A stretch of DNA of 62,731 nt, taken from IMG/VR virus record IMGVR_UViG_2519899798_000002, positions 62,001 to 124,731 of that record; one strand, given 5' to 3'. Numbering within the stretch: position 1 is the stretch's first letter; each line of letters begins with the position of its first letter. The notes under the pieces are model-generated. The model had not been told where the DNA came from, ran no database searches, and worked only from the letters and a program-made list of their open reading frames with translations. Below are positions 8,063 through 18,040 of this stretch, one piece after another. This DNA is from an uncultured virus (IMG/VR IMGVR_UViG_2519899798_000002). Its lineage: Duplodnaviria; Heunggongvirae; Uroviricota; Caudoviricetes. Made by a program: the position numbers and the translations under genes.

Positions 8063-9128
8063 AATTAAACAATTAAAAAATTATGCGGTTTACGATGATA
8101 TCGAGGGCTTTTTAATCAATAAAGATATAAGAAGTAGCTCAGGGAATTCTAACTATATGATCCCTTCATCAACTAGAAGGGTGTCGAACACCAGAAAGAA
8201 TTATGAAGGGGATATTAAGCAGTTCTTTAGTGTGATTAAAGGTAAAGATGTCAAAAGTTTAGTTCCCGATGATTTAGTTGTAAGTAAAAGCGAATTAAGC
8301 AACTATGTGAAGTATCTTCAGGAAAAGGGATTAGTTAATAATAGTATTAACAGAAAAATGACCTCCCTGAAGATGCTCTATACATATTTGGAGCATGATT
8401 ATAAGGACTATATTGACTTGTCGGTGTTTAATACTGTCGAAAGGCTTAAAACAGTAACTAAAAACTGGGATAAAACAACCCAGACAGAAGCCGAAAGAAT
8501 CGCTCAGGATATGTATATAAATGAAAGACAGAAACCTTTAATGAAAAAGCTGTTTGTTAAATTCGCCATCAGAACTTCTTTTCGTGTAAGTGCGATTTTG
8601 CGCGTAAGATGGAAAGACATACAGCTTGATGAGAGTACAGGCCATTATATAGTAACAGTTATTGATAAAGGATCTCAGGTTGTGTCTACAGGCATTAACC
8701 AGGTATTTTATGAGGAATTGTTGCAGCTGAAGGAAGAGGATGACAGCGAAACTGAATTGGTTTTTCAGGGGCTTTCGGAACAATCATTACGACACTCCTT
8801 GAAAAGGTCGAAAAAAAGGTTAGGTATACCTCCTGAAAGAGAATTAGTCTTACACTCATTTAAGGGTGTAGGAATTGACTATGTCTATGAGAATTCTGGT
8901 CACGATTTACTTGCAGCAAAAGAACAAGGAAATCATAAAAATACATTAACAACAGAGAGATATATGAGCAGAAAGATTAACATAGCGAACTCTGCTGGTG
9001 TAACAATGGATGAAAAAATCGATTTAAATCCACTATATGAAGCAACTCAAGAGGATTTTATTAGTTTTTTTGAAAACGCTGATCTTGTTACATTAAAAAA
9101 GTTTTTAAAGCATGTAAATGAGCGATAA
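8052..9128 (+). CDS. yopP: YopP (SroD), tyrosine recombinase-family protein
   Basis: 358 aa from MQNKIK; FRVS, DKG, HSFK, GNH, ERY integrase motifs. Confidence 0.9.
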   Translation: MQNKIKQLKNYAVYDDIEGFLINKDIRSSSGNSNYMIPSSTRRVSNTRKNYEGDIKQFFSVIKGKDVKSLVPDDLVVSKSELSNYVKYLQEKGLVNNSINRKMTSLKMLYTYLEHDYKDYIDLSVFNTVERLKTVTKNWDKTTQTEAERIAQDMYINERQKPLMKKLFVKFAIRTSFRVSAILRVRWKDIQLDESTGHYIVTVIDKGSQVVSTGINQVFYEELLQLKEEDDSETELVFQGLSEQSLRHSLKRSKKRLGIPPERELVLHSFKGVGIDYVYENSGHDLLAAKEQGNHKNTLTTERYMSRKINIANSAGVTMDEKIDLNPLYEATQEDFISFFENADLVTLKKFLKHVNER

Positions 9129-9234
9129 TCATTTTTTCGGCATATTACTCAGTTCAAATGATAATTCTTCTTGATTAACCAGATTGCCTTTGGTAACTTT
9201 AAATTTAGCAACATGACATGAGGTGAAAGGCTAT

Positions 9235-10617
9235 ATGACAGTGATCTTTGATCAGTCTGCAAATGAGAAACTGCTTTCAGAAATGAAAGATGCTATCTCG
9301 AAAAATAAACACATAAGATCTTTTATTAACGATATTCAATTAGAGATGGCTAAAAATAAAATTACTCCAGGGACAACACAAAAATTAATTTACGATATAG
9401 AAAATCCAGAAGTCGAAATTTCTAAAGAATATATGTACTTTTTAGCCAAGTCACTATACTCAGTTCTTGAAAGTGAAAGGTTTAATCCACGAAATTACTT
9501 CACAGAAACGGATATGAGAGAAATTGAAACGTTATGGGAAGGATCTGTGGAGGAAGATATAAAATTTCCGTATACATTCAAACAAGTTGTAAAGTATTCG
9601 GATGATAATTATTTCTTCCCAATCACTGCTAAAGAGTTGTTTATGCTATTTGAAAATAAGTTATTGCACTATAATCCTAATGCTCAAAGAACGAACAAAA
9701 CGAAAAAACTAGAGGGCTCAGATATTGAGATACCTGTACCGCAGCTCAATAAACAATCGGTTGAAGAAATAAAGGAACTGTTCTTAGATGGGAAATTAAT
9801 TAAATCAGTTTTTACGTTTAATGCACGTGTTGGAAGCGCAAGTTGTGGTGAAGAATTAAAATATGATGACGACACTATGTCGCTTACAGTGACTGAAGAC
9901 ACCATTTTAGACGTTTTAGACGGGTATCACCGGCTAATAGGCATTACTATGGCTATAAGACAGCATCCTGAGTTAGATCATTTGTTTGAAGAAACCTTTA
10001 AAGTGGACATCTATAACTACACTCAAAAAAGGGCGAGAGAGCATTTTGGGCAACAAAACACAATAAATCCAGTGAAGAAATCTAAAGTAGCTGAGATGAG
10101 CCAAAATGTTTATTCTAATAAAATTGTTAAGTTCATTCAGGATAATAGCATAATTGGTGATTATATAAAGACAAATGGAGACTGGATAAATCAGAATCAG
10201 AACTTACTTATAACTTTTTCTGACTTCAAAAAGGCAATTGAAAGAAGTTATTCTAAAAAAGATTTTTCAACTCAGGCAGACATTTTAAAAACTGCAAGAT
10301 ACCTTACATCTTTCTTTGATGCTTTAGCTACACAATATGTGGATGAGTTCTTAGGTGATATAGCAAAAGAAAGAAAGAGAAGTTTTGTGAACAACTATTT
10401 GTTCTTTAACGGCTACGTTGTACTAGCTAAGAAGTTGCAGTTAGATGGAGTAAGTCTAGATGATTTAGAAAGTAAAATTACCGATGTTTTAAGCTCTATA
10501 GACTTTAGTAAGAAAAATAAATTGTGGGATGAATTAGGTGTAGTAGACAAGAATGGAAATGCTAAATCACCACAAAAGATATGGAATTTCTTTAACAATT
10601 TAAAAATAGACGAGTAA
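9235..10617 (+). CDS. yopQ: YopQ (SroE), DndB/DGQHR-like repressor
   Basis: 460 aa; LDGYHRL motif; sro synteny. Confidence 0.85.
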   Translation: MTVIFDQSANEKLLSEMKDAISKNKHIRSFINDIQLEMAKNKITPGTTQKLIYDIENPEVEISKEYMYFLAKSLYSVLESERFNPRNYFTETDMREIETLWEGSVEEDIKFPYTFKQVVKYSDDNYFFPITAKELFMLFENKLLHYNPNAQRTNKTKKLEGSDIEIPVPQLNKQSVEEIKELFLDGKLIKSVFTFNARVGSASCGEELKYDDDTMSLTVTEDTILDVLDGYHRLIGITMAIRQHPELDHLFEETFKVDIYNYTQKRAREHFGQQNTINPVKKSKVAEMSQNVYSNKIVKFIQDNSIIGDYIKTNGDWINQNQNLLITFSDFKKAIERSYSKKDFSTQADILKTARYLTSFFDALATQYVDEFLGDIAKERKRSFVNNYLFFNGYVVLAKKLQLDGVSLDDLESKITDVLSSIDFSKKNKLWDELGVVDKNGNAKSPQKIWNFFNNLKIDE

Positions 10618-10640
10618 TTACTTAGGAGTTGTTTGTTGCA

Positions 10641-11618
10641 ATGTTCAATAGTGAGATTAAGGAAAAATATTTAGATACCTTATCTGAGGGTATGGTTATG
10701 CAGATGAGGCCTATTTTTGCAAAAGCAGAGATTACTGAGACTTTATATAATAAAGACATTTATGATTTCACATCAATGCAAATTTTAGAACTTATACGAT
10801 CATTCGACCAAACCACTATTGGTAGTGTTCGAAGAACCTTAGCATTATTGTCATTGTATATTGATTGGGCAATTTCATATAAGTTAAGTAAAGGATTAAC
10901 CAATTTGGCAAGAACTATTTCTGAAGAAGAGCTTTATGAATGTCTCGGAGACAAAAAATTATATATTACTTATAGTGAATTAGAGGAAATGGAAAATCAA
11001 TTAGTTAACTATCAATCAAAGGCTGTATTAAGGCTGTTGTTTGAAGGGGTTTCAGGTTTAGCTCATTCTGAATTGCTAAGTTTAACGAAGAAGCAAGTTG
11101 AGGATGCAATGCTTAACGGTAACGTTTTAACCCTGTATGATTCAAAGCACGGTGAACGAAAACTAAAAGTAAGTAGTGAATGTCTTGTTATTGCCTTAAA
11201 TGCAGCTCAGGAAACTAAATATAAATTAAAGAATGGGAAGGCAAAAGGCCAAACAAAAGAAGTCTTTTTAGTTGAAAATGATTATGTAGTTAAAACAAAA
11301 AGAACGTCCAACAAAGGAGACGGCCAAGCAAGCAAATTTGTCATAACTAATCTAATTACCGATATATCTGAGTTCTTTAAAATTAACTTTTTAACACCAA
11401 ACACTATTGTTAGATCTGGTCATTTATATAGAGCATATCAGCTTTATAAAGAAAAAGGGGTTATTGATAACTCTGTAAGGTATCAGATTATAGATGACTT
11501 TAATTTAAGAGTGAAATCCAAATATCGAGCAGTTTATTCAATGCAAGATTATATTAATGAGGAAGAAGTTAATAAATATTACGCAGAAGAACTAGGTCTA
11601 AAAGAGACGACCATTTAA
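10641..11618 (+). CDS. yopR: YopR (SroF/MrpR), master repressor with integrase fold
   Basis: 325 aa from MFNSEIKEKYL; last gene of sro operon. Confidence 0.9.
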   Translation: MFNSEIKEKYLDTLSEGMVMQMRPIFAKAEITETLYNKDIYDFTSMQILELIRSFDQTTIGSVRRTLALLSLYIDWAISYKLSKGLTNLARTISEEELYECLGDKKLYITYSELEEMENQLVNYQSKAVLRLLFEGVSGLAHSELLSLTKKQVEDAMLNGNVLTLYDSKHGERKLKVSSECLVIALNAAQETKYKLKNGKAKGQTKEVFLVENDYVVKTKRTSNKGDGQASKFVITNLITDISEFFKINFLTPNTIVRSGHLYRAYQLYKEKGVIDNSVRYQIIDDFNLRVKSKYRAVYSMQDYINEEEVNKYYAEELGLKETTI

Positions 11619-11623
11619 ATATG

Positions 11624-11663
11624 AAATCCATTTGACTATTTTGGTTAAATGGATTTTTCTTTT
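11624..11663 (+). terminator. intrinsic terminator of sro operon
   Basis: AAATCCATTTGAC...GTTAAATGGATTT + T-rich tail. Confidence 0.75.
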
Positions 11664-11806
11664 ATCTCAAAAAATTGTGAAAAAATTCGCATTTCGACAA
11701 AAATAGACAAAATAATCACTTTAAATACATGTTTAAATGTAGTAAGATGGTCATGTAAACCATATGGTTTACTAAGGAGGAGACCAAGACCAAAGTCTTA
11801 GTCGTT

Positions 11807-12031
11807 TCAATGCCTTTCAACCTTGAATTCATAGAGGTCTTCGACATTACAATCTAAAGCAGCAGCAATTCTTTTTGCAGTTCGAATAGACATATCTACT
11901 TTAACTAATCGATTATAGTCGCTCAGCTGCTGTTTCTTAATCCCAGTTATCTCTGAAAGTTCATTGATTGTAATGTCTTTCTTTCTACATAATTCAGGTA
12001 TCAAGCATTGCCCGATCTCAACTTTAATCAT
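11807..12031 (-). CDS. yopS: YopS, XRE HTH regulator
   Basis: 74-aa HTH (ITINELSEITGIKKQQLSDY...IAAALDC). Confidence 0.85.
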   Translation of the reverse strand: MIKVEIGQCLIPELCRKKDITINELSEITGIKKQQLSDYNRLVKVDMSIRTAKRIAAALDCNVEDLYEFKVERH

Positions 12032-12149
12032 AATCGGACATCCTCCTGCGTTCTGTTATGGAAAGACATAATACATATCATACCATACGAAGCCGATAAA
12101 TAACCACTAGCATAACACCTACTTTCTATGTATAATGATTATACAAAAC

Positions 12150-12163
12150 AGAACGCACGTTCC
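12150..12163. promoter_or_regulatory. LexA (DinR) SOS box upstream of yopT
   Basis: AGAAC-GCAC-GTTCC fits GAAC-N4-GTTC; TATAAT at 12131. Confidence 0.75.
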
Positions 12164-12213
12164 CTTAACACCTTAAGGGTTTATCACAGAAAATTGAACA
12201 TAGGAGAATGAGG

Positions 12214-12432
12214 ATGGCAGGTTATTTAAACAATATTGCACTGAATCTGGAGATTGTACTCAAAAACAAAGCAGATAGTCCAGAAGTCTCTGAAACATTG
12301 GTAACCAGGATTTGTGAAAATTTACTTTTATCTAAAGAAGTCTCGTTTTTAAAAGCTGACGGATCAGTTGAAAATTTTAAATTAAGTGATATGGAATATG
12401 AAATAACAAATACAGAAGAATTGCCTGAGTAA
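12214..12432 (+). CDS. yopT: YopT
   Basis: 72 aa, MAGYLNNIALNLEIVLKNKA. Confidence 0.8.
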   Translation: MAGYLNNIALNLEIVLKNKADSPEVSETLVTRICENLLLSKEVSFLKADGSVENFKLSDMEYEITNTEELPE

Positions 12433-12501
12433 AAATAAAAAAAAGAAAGACTCCATTAAACATAATGTAATCAGCAGCAAGAGGAGAATGAAGGTATTGT
12501 T

Positions 12502-12699
12502 TTGAATATATTTGTTGATCAAGATAATTACAAAGAGGTTAGTCTGAAACTTACAAAAAAATTGCTGACTTCAGAACATTATCAATTCCTACTTGGTTTC
12601 AAGGGAGAGAAATTAGATATTACAATTTCAGTTACACCACAAAGCCTCGTTAAGCTTAGGGATGACATCAATGAATTGATCTTTATGTTCTCAGATTAA
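12502..12699 (+). CDS. yopU: YopU
   Basis: 65 aa, synteny. Confidence 0.7.
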   Translation: MNIFVDQDNYKEVSLKLTKKLLTSEHYQFLLGFKGEKLDITISVTPQSLVKLRDDINELIFMFSD

Positions 12700-12734
12700 A
12701 ATTAGATTCGGTCACATAAATTGGCCGAATCTAA

Positions 12735-12763
12735 TTGACAGATATTAAATGATGGGTTATAGT
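12735..12763 (+). promoter_or_regulatory. sigA promoter of early accessory operon, preceded by a hairpin (12699-12736) and followed by SPBRE
   Basis: TTGACA-N17-TATAGT. Confidence 0.8.
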
Positions 12764-12810
12764 TTATTCAAATACAAATAATATGTATATAGGAGATGGT
12801 AAAGAGAGCT

Positions 12811-13005
12811 ATGTTGCTTGATGAAAAGCTCGATAAATTAATGAAAACGATTCTGCGATTAAAAGCATACAAAGAAGAGGAAAATTTACGAAGAGTCATC
12901 GGAGAATTTCATTCAATAATTGATTATGCTTACGAGGGGATGTATATAGCTGAAGATATGTTAAGAGAAGAAGAAAGTAAGGGCAAAGAAGTAAGTACAT
13001 ATTGA
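12811..13005 (+). CDS. yopV: YopV
   Basis: 64 aa, MLLDEKLDKLMK. Confidence 0.7.
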   Translation: MLLDEKLDKLMKTILRLKAYKEEENLRRVIGEFHSIIDYAYEGMYIAEDMLREEESKGKEVSTY

Positions 13006-13088
13006 ATTGTGTAATTTTCACTAAGGTAACAAAATTAAAATTAGTGGATAAAATGTAAGTTTTATAGAGATTTATAAAAGGAGGATGT

Positions 13089-13676
13089 ATGTTGAAAGAA
13101 ATAAATTTAATTGAACGTTCTTATTGTGGAAGTGGAGGTTGCATGAGTTGTCCTTTCTCACACAGCGATGAAGCTGAAGTGGCACAAAATTATGGCTGTC
13201 TTCCGACCCCTAAGCAAATTATTGAGATGAAGGAGAAGAGCGGACATAATTGGGCATGTCATAGCGATGCAACAGTTTTATGTGGTGGTTTTGCTAAGTA
13301 CATAAAAAGAAATAGACCTGATTTAAACATCAGTGAAGGGCAATTAATTTCATATGAAACTTGGGTTCATGAAGGTGAAGCAAAAGCCATACAGGAAGCA
13401 AATTCAAAAGAACTCCAACTGGCTCAGGAAGAGATTCAGCGGCTTACAAAAGAGAACAAAGAACTAAAATTAAAGGCCGAGGAACAGAAAGAAAAAAGCG
13501 GAATGAATGATACTTATATGGTATATGACACGCAAAGCGAAGATGTACAATTCCACGGCACAATGAAAAGCGCGGGGAAAGATTTTGAGTGCGCTATGGA
13601 TGGATTAGATAACGGGGAAACAGCTTATATTTTGAAAGTGATCAAAGCATTTACACCGAAGGGGGCTTCAGAATGA
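13089..13676 (+). CDS. hypothetical protein with Cys/His N-terminal domain and coiled coil
   Basis: CMSC, WACH..CGG; GGAGG RBS. Confidence 0.75.
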   Translation: MLKEINLIERSYCGSGGCMSCPFSHSDEAEVAQNYGCLPTPKQIIEMKEKSGHNWACHSDATVLCGGFAKYIKRNRPDLNISEGQLISYETWVHEGEAKAIQEANSKELQLAQEEIQRLTKENKELKLKAEEQKEKSGMNDTYMVYDTQSEDVQFHGTMKSAGKDFECAMDGLDNGETAYILKVIKAFTPKGASE

Positions 13677-13903
13677 AGACAAGGAAACTAACGATTCCAG
13701 CCCGCGATACCAATGGTTTCCTGATCGGGTTCAGGGAAGTTAATGCACTTTGGGAATGCCCTACTTGTGGCGAGGAAATGGGAAATCCTCAGCTCACGCA
13801 GCACGCTGAGGACGGATTCTTCGGACAAGTTCATATTTGGAAAAATCCCTGCGGACATGTAGCTCATTATAAAAATCTGAAGATTGTAGGTGATGTGGAA
13901 TGA
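13673..13903 (+). CDS. hypothetical zinc-finger protein
   Basis: CPTC...CGH; ATGA overlap. Confidence 0.75.
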   Translation: MKTRKLTIPARDTNGFLIGFREVNALWECPTCGEEMGNPQLTQHAEDGFFGQVHIWKNPCGHVAHYKNLKIVGDVE

Positions 13904-14091
13904 CGTGGATAGATTTAGTAAGGAAATACTTTCCCGATGCCAATGATAAGCAGTGTGATTTTATATTGTGGGAAAAAACTGCTTTCCCTTTAGCTTCTGT
14001 GGAAACTATTGGAAATCAGTTGCGGGAATATCAAACAAACATGTTTGCAGATAGAAGGAGTAATCGGGTCATTAAGGAGGGCGGGGAATGA
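13900..14091 (+). CDS. hypothetical protein
   Basis: 63 aa; ATGA overlap. Confidence 0.7.
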   Translation: MTWIDLVRKYFPDANDKQCDFILWEKTAFPLASVETIGNQLREYQTNMFADRRSNRVIKEGGE

Positions 14092-14291
14092 ATGCTGATG
14101 TAAAGCGTATTGAATATAAGCTTTGGTACGAAGTTAAGTTCGGTTGGAAGCATTTCAGTTTCGGTGCCAATGATGATAAAACCGCATTGGAATACGCAGA
14201 GGAATACGTAAATAATAACTACCTCAAAAATTATAAAGTGGAAAAAATAACGAATGAGACATTGTTTTGGACTGAGGCGGGTGCGGAATGA
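14088..14291 (+). CDS. hypothetical protein
   Basis: 67 aa; ATGA overlap. Confidence 0.7.
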   Translation: MNADVKRIEYKLWYEVKFGWKHFSFGANDDKTALEYAEEYVNNNYLKNYKVEKITNETLFWTEAGAE

Positions 14292-14446
14292 GTGAGATAG
14301 TTCCTTGTATCAAATGCGGAAAGATGACGGATGTAGATATGACTATGTGTTGTGATGGCTATATGTGCGGTTGTAAGGGGCTTCCCATTCACCCGCCTTT
14401 ATGCGAAGAGTGCGAGAAGACATTTTTTAAGGAGGGGGTGAAGTGA
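14288..14446 (+). CDS. 52-aa, 8-Cys protein (not in ORF track)
   Basis: [52 protein letters not shown]; coupled at both ends. Confidence 0.75.
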   Translation: MSEIVPCIKCGKMTDVDMTMCCDGYMCGCKGLPIHPPLCEECEKTFFKEGVK

Positions 14447-14871
14447 GTGAGAATTTAAATCTGCTGGAGGATAATGTAAAATCAAATCAAAGAGAAAAAT
14501 TCATTGCAAATGGTATACCCTATGATGAGCTTGATACACAAATGATCAATTTAATTGATATTTTGAATTTCAAGATTGGATTGAAAACACGCCACTGTTG
14601 TTTTGGACATAAACCATACGAGGAAATTCAAGTAATGTTTGAAGAAGAAGTGAATTTAAAAGAAGACCAAATTCTCGAATTGGCAGAATTAGCGGGGAGA
14701 GAATGGAAAGGTCTTCAGTTAAGCTTCAGCAAATGGGCACGGTTCTCCCCAATGATGTTCAATTGGTCATTAGTGTTATCGAAAAGATTTAGAAATCCAG
14801 AAGATCCAAATAAATATCGATACCTAAGATCAGTTGAAGAATTCTTTGAAAGCTATGTTGCAAAGAAGTGA
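14443..14871 (+). CDS. hypothetical protein
   Basis: 142 aa; TRHCCFGH motif. Confidence 0.75.
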   Translation: MSENLNLLEDNVKSNQREKFIANGIPYDELDTQMINLIDILNFKIGLKTRHCCFGHKPYEEIQVMFEEEVNLKEDQILELAELAGREWKGLQLSFSKWARFSPMMFNWSLVLSKRFRNPEDPNKYRYLRSVEEFFESYVAKK

Positions 14872-14921
14872 TTAAAAGATGCATTTTAAAGTGAATTAGA
14901 TGAAGTAAAGGAGATGAACAG

Positions 14922-15656
14922 ATGGAAGCGTTACAACCAAATCAATATTTTGAAATGATTAAATCAAAGAAAAATAAGGTTACAGACAAAGAACTTCAAA
15001 GATATTACAACAATTGCTTGGTGTTACTCAATAAGTATAAGCAAACCAATCAAATTAAAGCTGCAAAGAAACTGATATTCCATTTAGAATCAATTGAAAA
15101 AGAACGGGAGATTGTAAAGCTTGGTATTGATACGTTTGTTTATCGAGATGACATTGAAGAATACATAGATAACATTGCAAAAGATACAGTCAAAATTATT
15201 GAGCTTGAAAATTACGAACGTGAAATCCCTGATGATGTAATCATTAAATTCAACAAAGTGAAAGATAAATTGGATCGGTTTTATGTGGTGTTTACAGATT
15301 ATACGGGGAAGGTTGAAAGGCAGATCGAAAAAGAACGGAGAGATAAGGATCCAATTTTATTCGGCACTTTTCAAGATGAGTCGAGCGGTACTTTGATTGA
15401 ACGTTTTTATTTCATAGGCGACTGGGAAGATGAGTATTGTGATCTCACTTTAGATAAGATGATTTCCGAAGTGCAGGAAGCAAAAGAATCAAATATTGCA
15501 ATGACCATCAATACACCCCAAGATATTGAGCAATTGAAGAAGCAGTTAAACAACATGGACAAGACGGGAAATGGGTTTAGGATGAATAATCCCGGATTTG
15601 CAATGGTTAATGAAAAAGAAAATTGGTTTAAAAAGCTGTTCAAAAGGCCGAAGTGA
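14922..15656 (+). CDS. hypothetical phage protein
   Basis: 244 aa; DPILFG...FYFIGDWEDEYCDL. Confidence 0.8.
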   Translation: MEALQPNQYFEMIKSKKNKVTDKELQRYYNNCLVLLNKYKQTNQIKAAKKLIFHLESIEKEREIVKLGIDTFVYRDDIEEYIDNIAKDTVKIIELENYEREIPDDVIIKFNKVKDKLDRFYVVFTDYTGKVERQIEKERRDKDPILFGTFQDESSGTLIERFYFIGDWEDEYCDLTLDKMISEVQEAKESNIAMTINTPQDIEQLKKQLNNMDKTGNGFRMNNPGFAMVNEKENWFKKLFKRPK

Positions 15657-16000
15657 TGAAAAGAACAGTTGACCTTACTGCAAATAGAGAGTTCATGAAG
15701 ATTGGAAATAGCCGAAGCGAGTCGTTAGTGCAAAGGTACTTAAAGAAGCGAATATACCCATGGAGTGTAGAAGCAGAAGTAAGACAGAACGACCTTTATA
15801 GTAACGGCCTATTGTTAACTGGCAACGGCTCTGAAAGAAAAAAACAGAAGGAATCAGCAGCATTTGAGAATACGTGTCACTGTTGTGGTAAGTGGGACTC
15901 CTTCCATATGACAATAACAAAATCAACCCTGTGTAAAAGTTGCGAAGAAATGCTTGATCACAGTGTTGTGAGCAACATCCCTTGGAGAAAGCAGTTTTGA
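15653..16000 (+). CDS. hypothetical zinc-finger protein
   Basis: CHCC...CKSC. Confidence 0.7.
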   Translation: MMKRTVDLTANREFMKIGNSRSESLVQRYLKKRIYPWSVEAEVRQNDLYSNGLLLTGNGSERKKQKESAAFENTCHCCGKWDSFHMTITKSTLCKSCEEMLDHSVVSNIPWRKQF

Positions 16001-16033
16001 TAAAAGTAAAATTTCAATGGAAAGAGGAGCTAT

Positions 16034-16336
16034 ATGAGAAGATATCAAACACATGAACAAGTTGCATTAAACTTCTTGCTTTCAGAGGCCAAAGAAGAGC
16101 TTAGATTATGTGAAGAAAGAATCGAGTTTCATGCAAAACATAGAGATTATGTTCTCATGAGGATGGAGAAAGAAATTGAAGCAAAGGCAAATGCGAAAAT
16201 TGAAAAATTATCTTCGTTGCTTGAGATGGAAAGAGAGTCTTGGGCAAACTTACCTTCTCTTTTACAAATTGGAATAGTGAACTCTAGGGGAGAATCTGTA
16301 ATTCAAGAAGAGCATTTTTCTGAGGAAATTGAATAG
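16034..16336 (+). CDS. hypothetical protein
   Basis: 100 aa, GAGGAG RBS. Confidence 0.7.
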   Translation: MRRYQTHEQVALNFLLSEAKEELRLCEERIEFHAKHRDYVLMRMEKEIEAKANAKIEKLSSLLEMERESWANLPSLLQIGIVNSRGESVIQEEHFSEEIE

Positions 16337-16607
16337 AATTGAAGTTTTAAAGAAAAGGAGCTGTTATAAAGTGAAAGATATCCGAGTTATATATGACAGA
16401 AACAAAACTTTAGAAGCGGTCGTTGTCCAGTTTGGAGACTATATGTGTGAGCTAGCAGAATCACAATTAATTGATGAAGAAACTAAAGAATTCGACGTGC
16501 TTAATGATGAATATCAAGGAACTTGGAAATATGAAAATGGAAAACACTGCGAAGTCGAAATTTATGATGGTGTAGACAAGTGGGTTTGTCAAGCATTCTT
16601 ACACTGA
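16329..16607 (+). CDS. hypothetical protein
   Basis: 92 aa, overlaps upstream stop. Confidence 0.7.
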   Translation: MNRIEVLKKRSCYKVKDIRVIYDRNKTLEAVVVQFGDYMCELAESQLIDEETKEFDVLNDEYQGTWKYENGKHCEVEIYDGVDKWVCQAFLH

Positions 16608-16643
16608 ATAAAAAGACTGTTTTAAAGAGAAAGGAGCTGAACT

Positions 16644-17315
16644 ATGGCAATTGATTTTGCAAAGTTAAATAATCCAGAATGGAAAAAGCAATGGCTTGAG
16701 GAGGAAAAAGAACGGGAGCGGCTTTTAGAAGAACAAGAAACACTGAGAAAGAAGACAGTTTGCTTTACCGGTCACAGACCAAATAAATTGGGTGGCTATG
16801 ATATGAAAAATCCCACAATGCTCAAACTCAAAGATAAGCTGCTTGAAGTGATTGAGGAGTTAATCATAAAAGAAGAGAAGTCCAGGTTTATAACTGGAGG
16901 AGCGTTAGGAACTGATCAGGCTGCTTGCTGGTGTGTACATATTCTAAAGAAGAAATTTCCCCATATCAAAAACATAATTGCAACACCTTTCAAGGAACAA
17001 GATAAAGTTTGGTCTGCAGACCAAAAAATGTGGTACAAACGTATGCTTGATGTGGCAGATGAGATTGTTAATGTTGAAGAATTAGATAAATATAAAGTTA
17101 GTGAAGATAAACCAGGAGAGTTTTCGCCGGCTAAGATGCAAAAGCGAAATGAGTACATGATTGATCACAGTGAAGCAATAGTAGCTGTTTATGATGGAAC
17201 TAAAAGTGGTACAAGGAACTGCTTAAATTATGCTAAAAGAACATTCCTAGGCCATCAATTATGGAGACTCCATCCTGATTTTAATTTTGAATTAGATATT
17301 ACTTACTTTACTTAA
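16644..17315 (+). CDS. SLOG/YspA (DUF1273) family protein, YoqJ-like
   Basis: CFTGHRP, ITGGALGTD, KRNEYMID, SGT motifs. Confidence 0.85.
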   Translation: MAIDFAKLNNPEWKKQWLEEEKERERLLEEQETLRKKTVCFTGHRPNKLGGYDMKNPTMLKLKDKLLEVIEELIIKEEKSRFITGGALGTDQAACWCVHILKKKFPHIKNIIATPFKEQDKVWSADQKMWYKRMLDVADEIVNVEELDKYKVSEDKPGEFSPAKMQKRNEYMIDHSEAIVAVYDGTKSGTRNCLNYAKRTFLGHQLWRLHPDFNFELDITYFT

Positions 17316-17336
17316 AACAAGAATAGGAGGATTAAA

Positions 17337-17744
17337 TTGAGAGAAATAAAGTTTCGGATGTATTCAAAAAAGAAAAAAATTATGCACTATTGGGATCATA
17401 TAAAACAGTTCCAGATGGCAGTGCTTGATGATAATAATGAAAATGAAAAATACAGTTCTTGGATGCAATACACCGGATTGAAGGATAAAAATGGTCGAGA
17501 GATTTATGAGGGGGATGGTTGTACGGCAAAACATAAGTCAGGAAAGATATATTCAGGTCAGGTTAAATATGACTTATCGTTTGTTTTTAATATTGAGGGT
17601 TTTGAAGAATTGTTCATTAACGGAGTAGGAGCCGTGAAAACTAACCGTACCTTTGATATATATTCGTTTATCAAATGGTTTGATGAAGTCGAAGTCATTG
17701 GTAACATTTACGAGAATCCTGAGCTGTTGGTGGCGGCAGAATGA
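17337..17744 (+). CDS. YopX-family protein (copy 1)
   Basis: REIKFR...MQYTGLKDKNGREIYEGD...EVIGNIYENPELL. Confidence 0.9.
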   Translation: MREIKFRMYSKKKKIMHYWDHIKQFQMAVLDDNNENEKYSSWMQYTGLKDKNGREIYEGDGCTAKHKSGKIYSGQVKYDLSFVFNIEGFEELFINGVGAVKTNRTFDIYSFIKWFDEVEVIGNIYENPELLVAAE

Positions 17745-18040
17745 AAGTGTTAGAGAATCAGACACTTTATCAGTGTGAACATTGTGGAAAGCGGCTGATG
17801 ACAAAGCACGGGGCTAGGCTTCACGAAAGAGTATATTGCTCAGTTGTCAAAGAGGAAGAACAGAAAAAACGTCAGGAATCCTGTGAACATAGGCACATGG
17901 AAATGAGTTATTGCACTATGCCGGGAGAAGATTATTTGCAAATACCTGACTATGAATGTTGTTCTGACTGTGGCATGACAGAAATGGAGATTGCAGAGCA
18001 AAAGAATAAGCTTCAGGAGGCGCAAAATGAAGGAAATTAA
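17741..18040 (+). CDS. hypothetical zinc-finger protein
   Basis: YQCEHCGK...H..C and CCSDC. Confidence 0.75.
   Translation: MKVLENQTLYQCEHCGKRLMTKHGARLHERVYCSVVKEEEQKKRQESCEHRHMEMSYCTMPGEDYLQIPDYECCSDCGMTEMEIAEQKNKLQEAQNEGN

Noticed and set aside
11715..11751. ATCACT as a second AimR operator
   Set aside because: No AGTGAT 25 bp downstream
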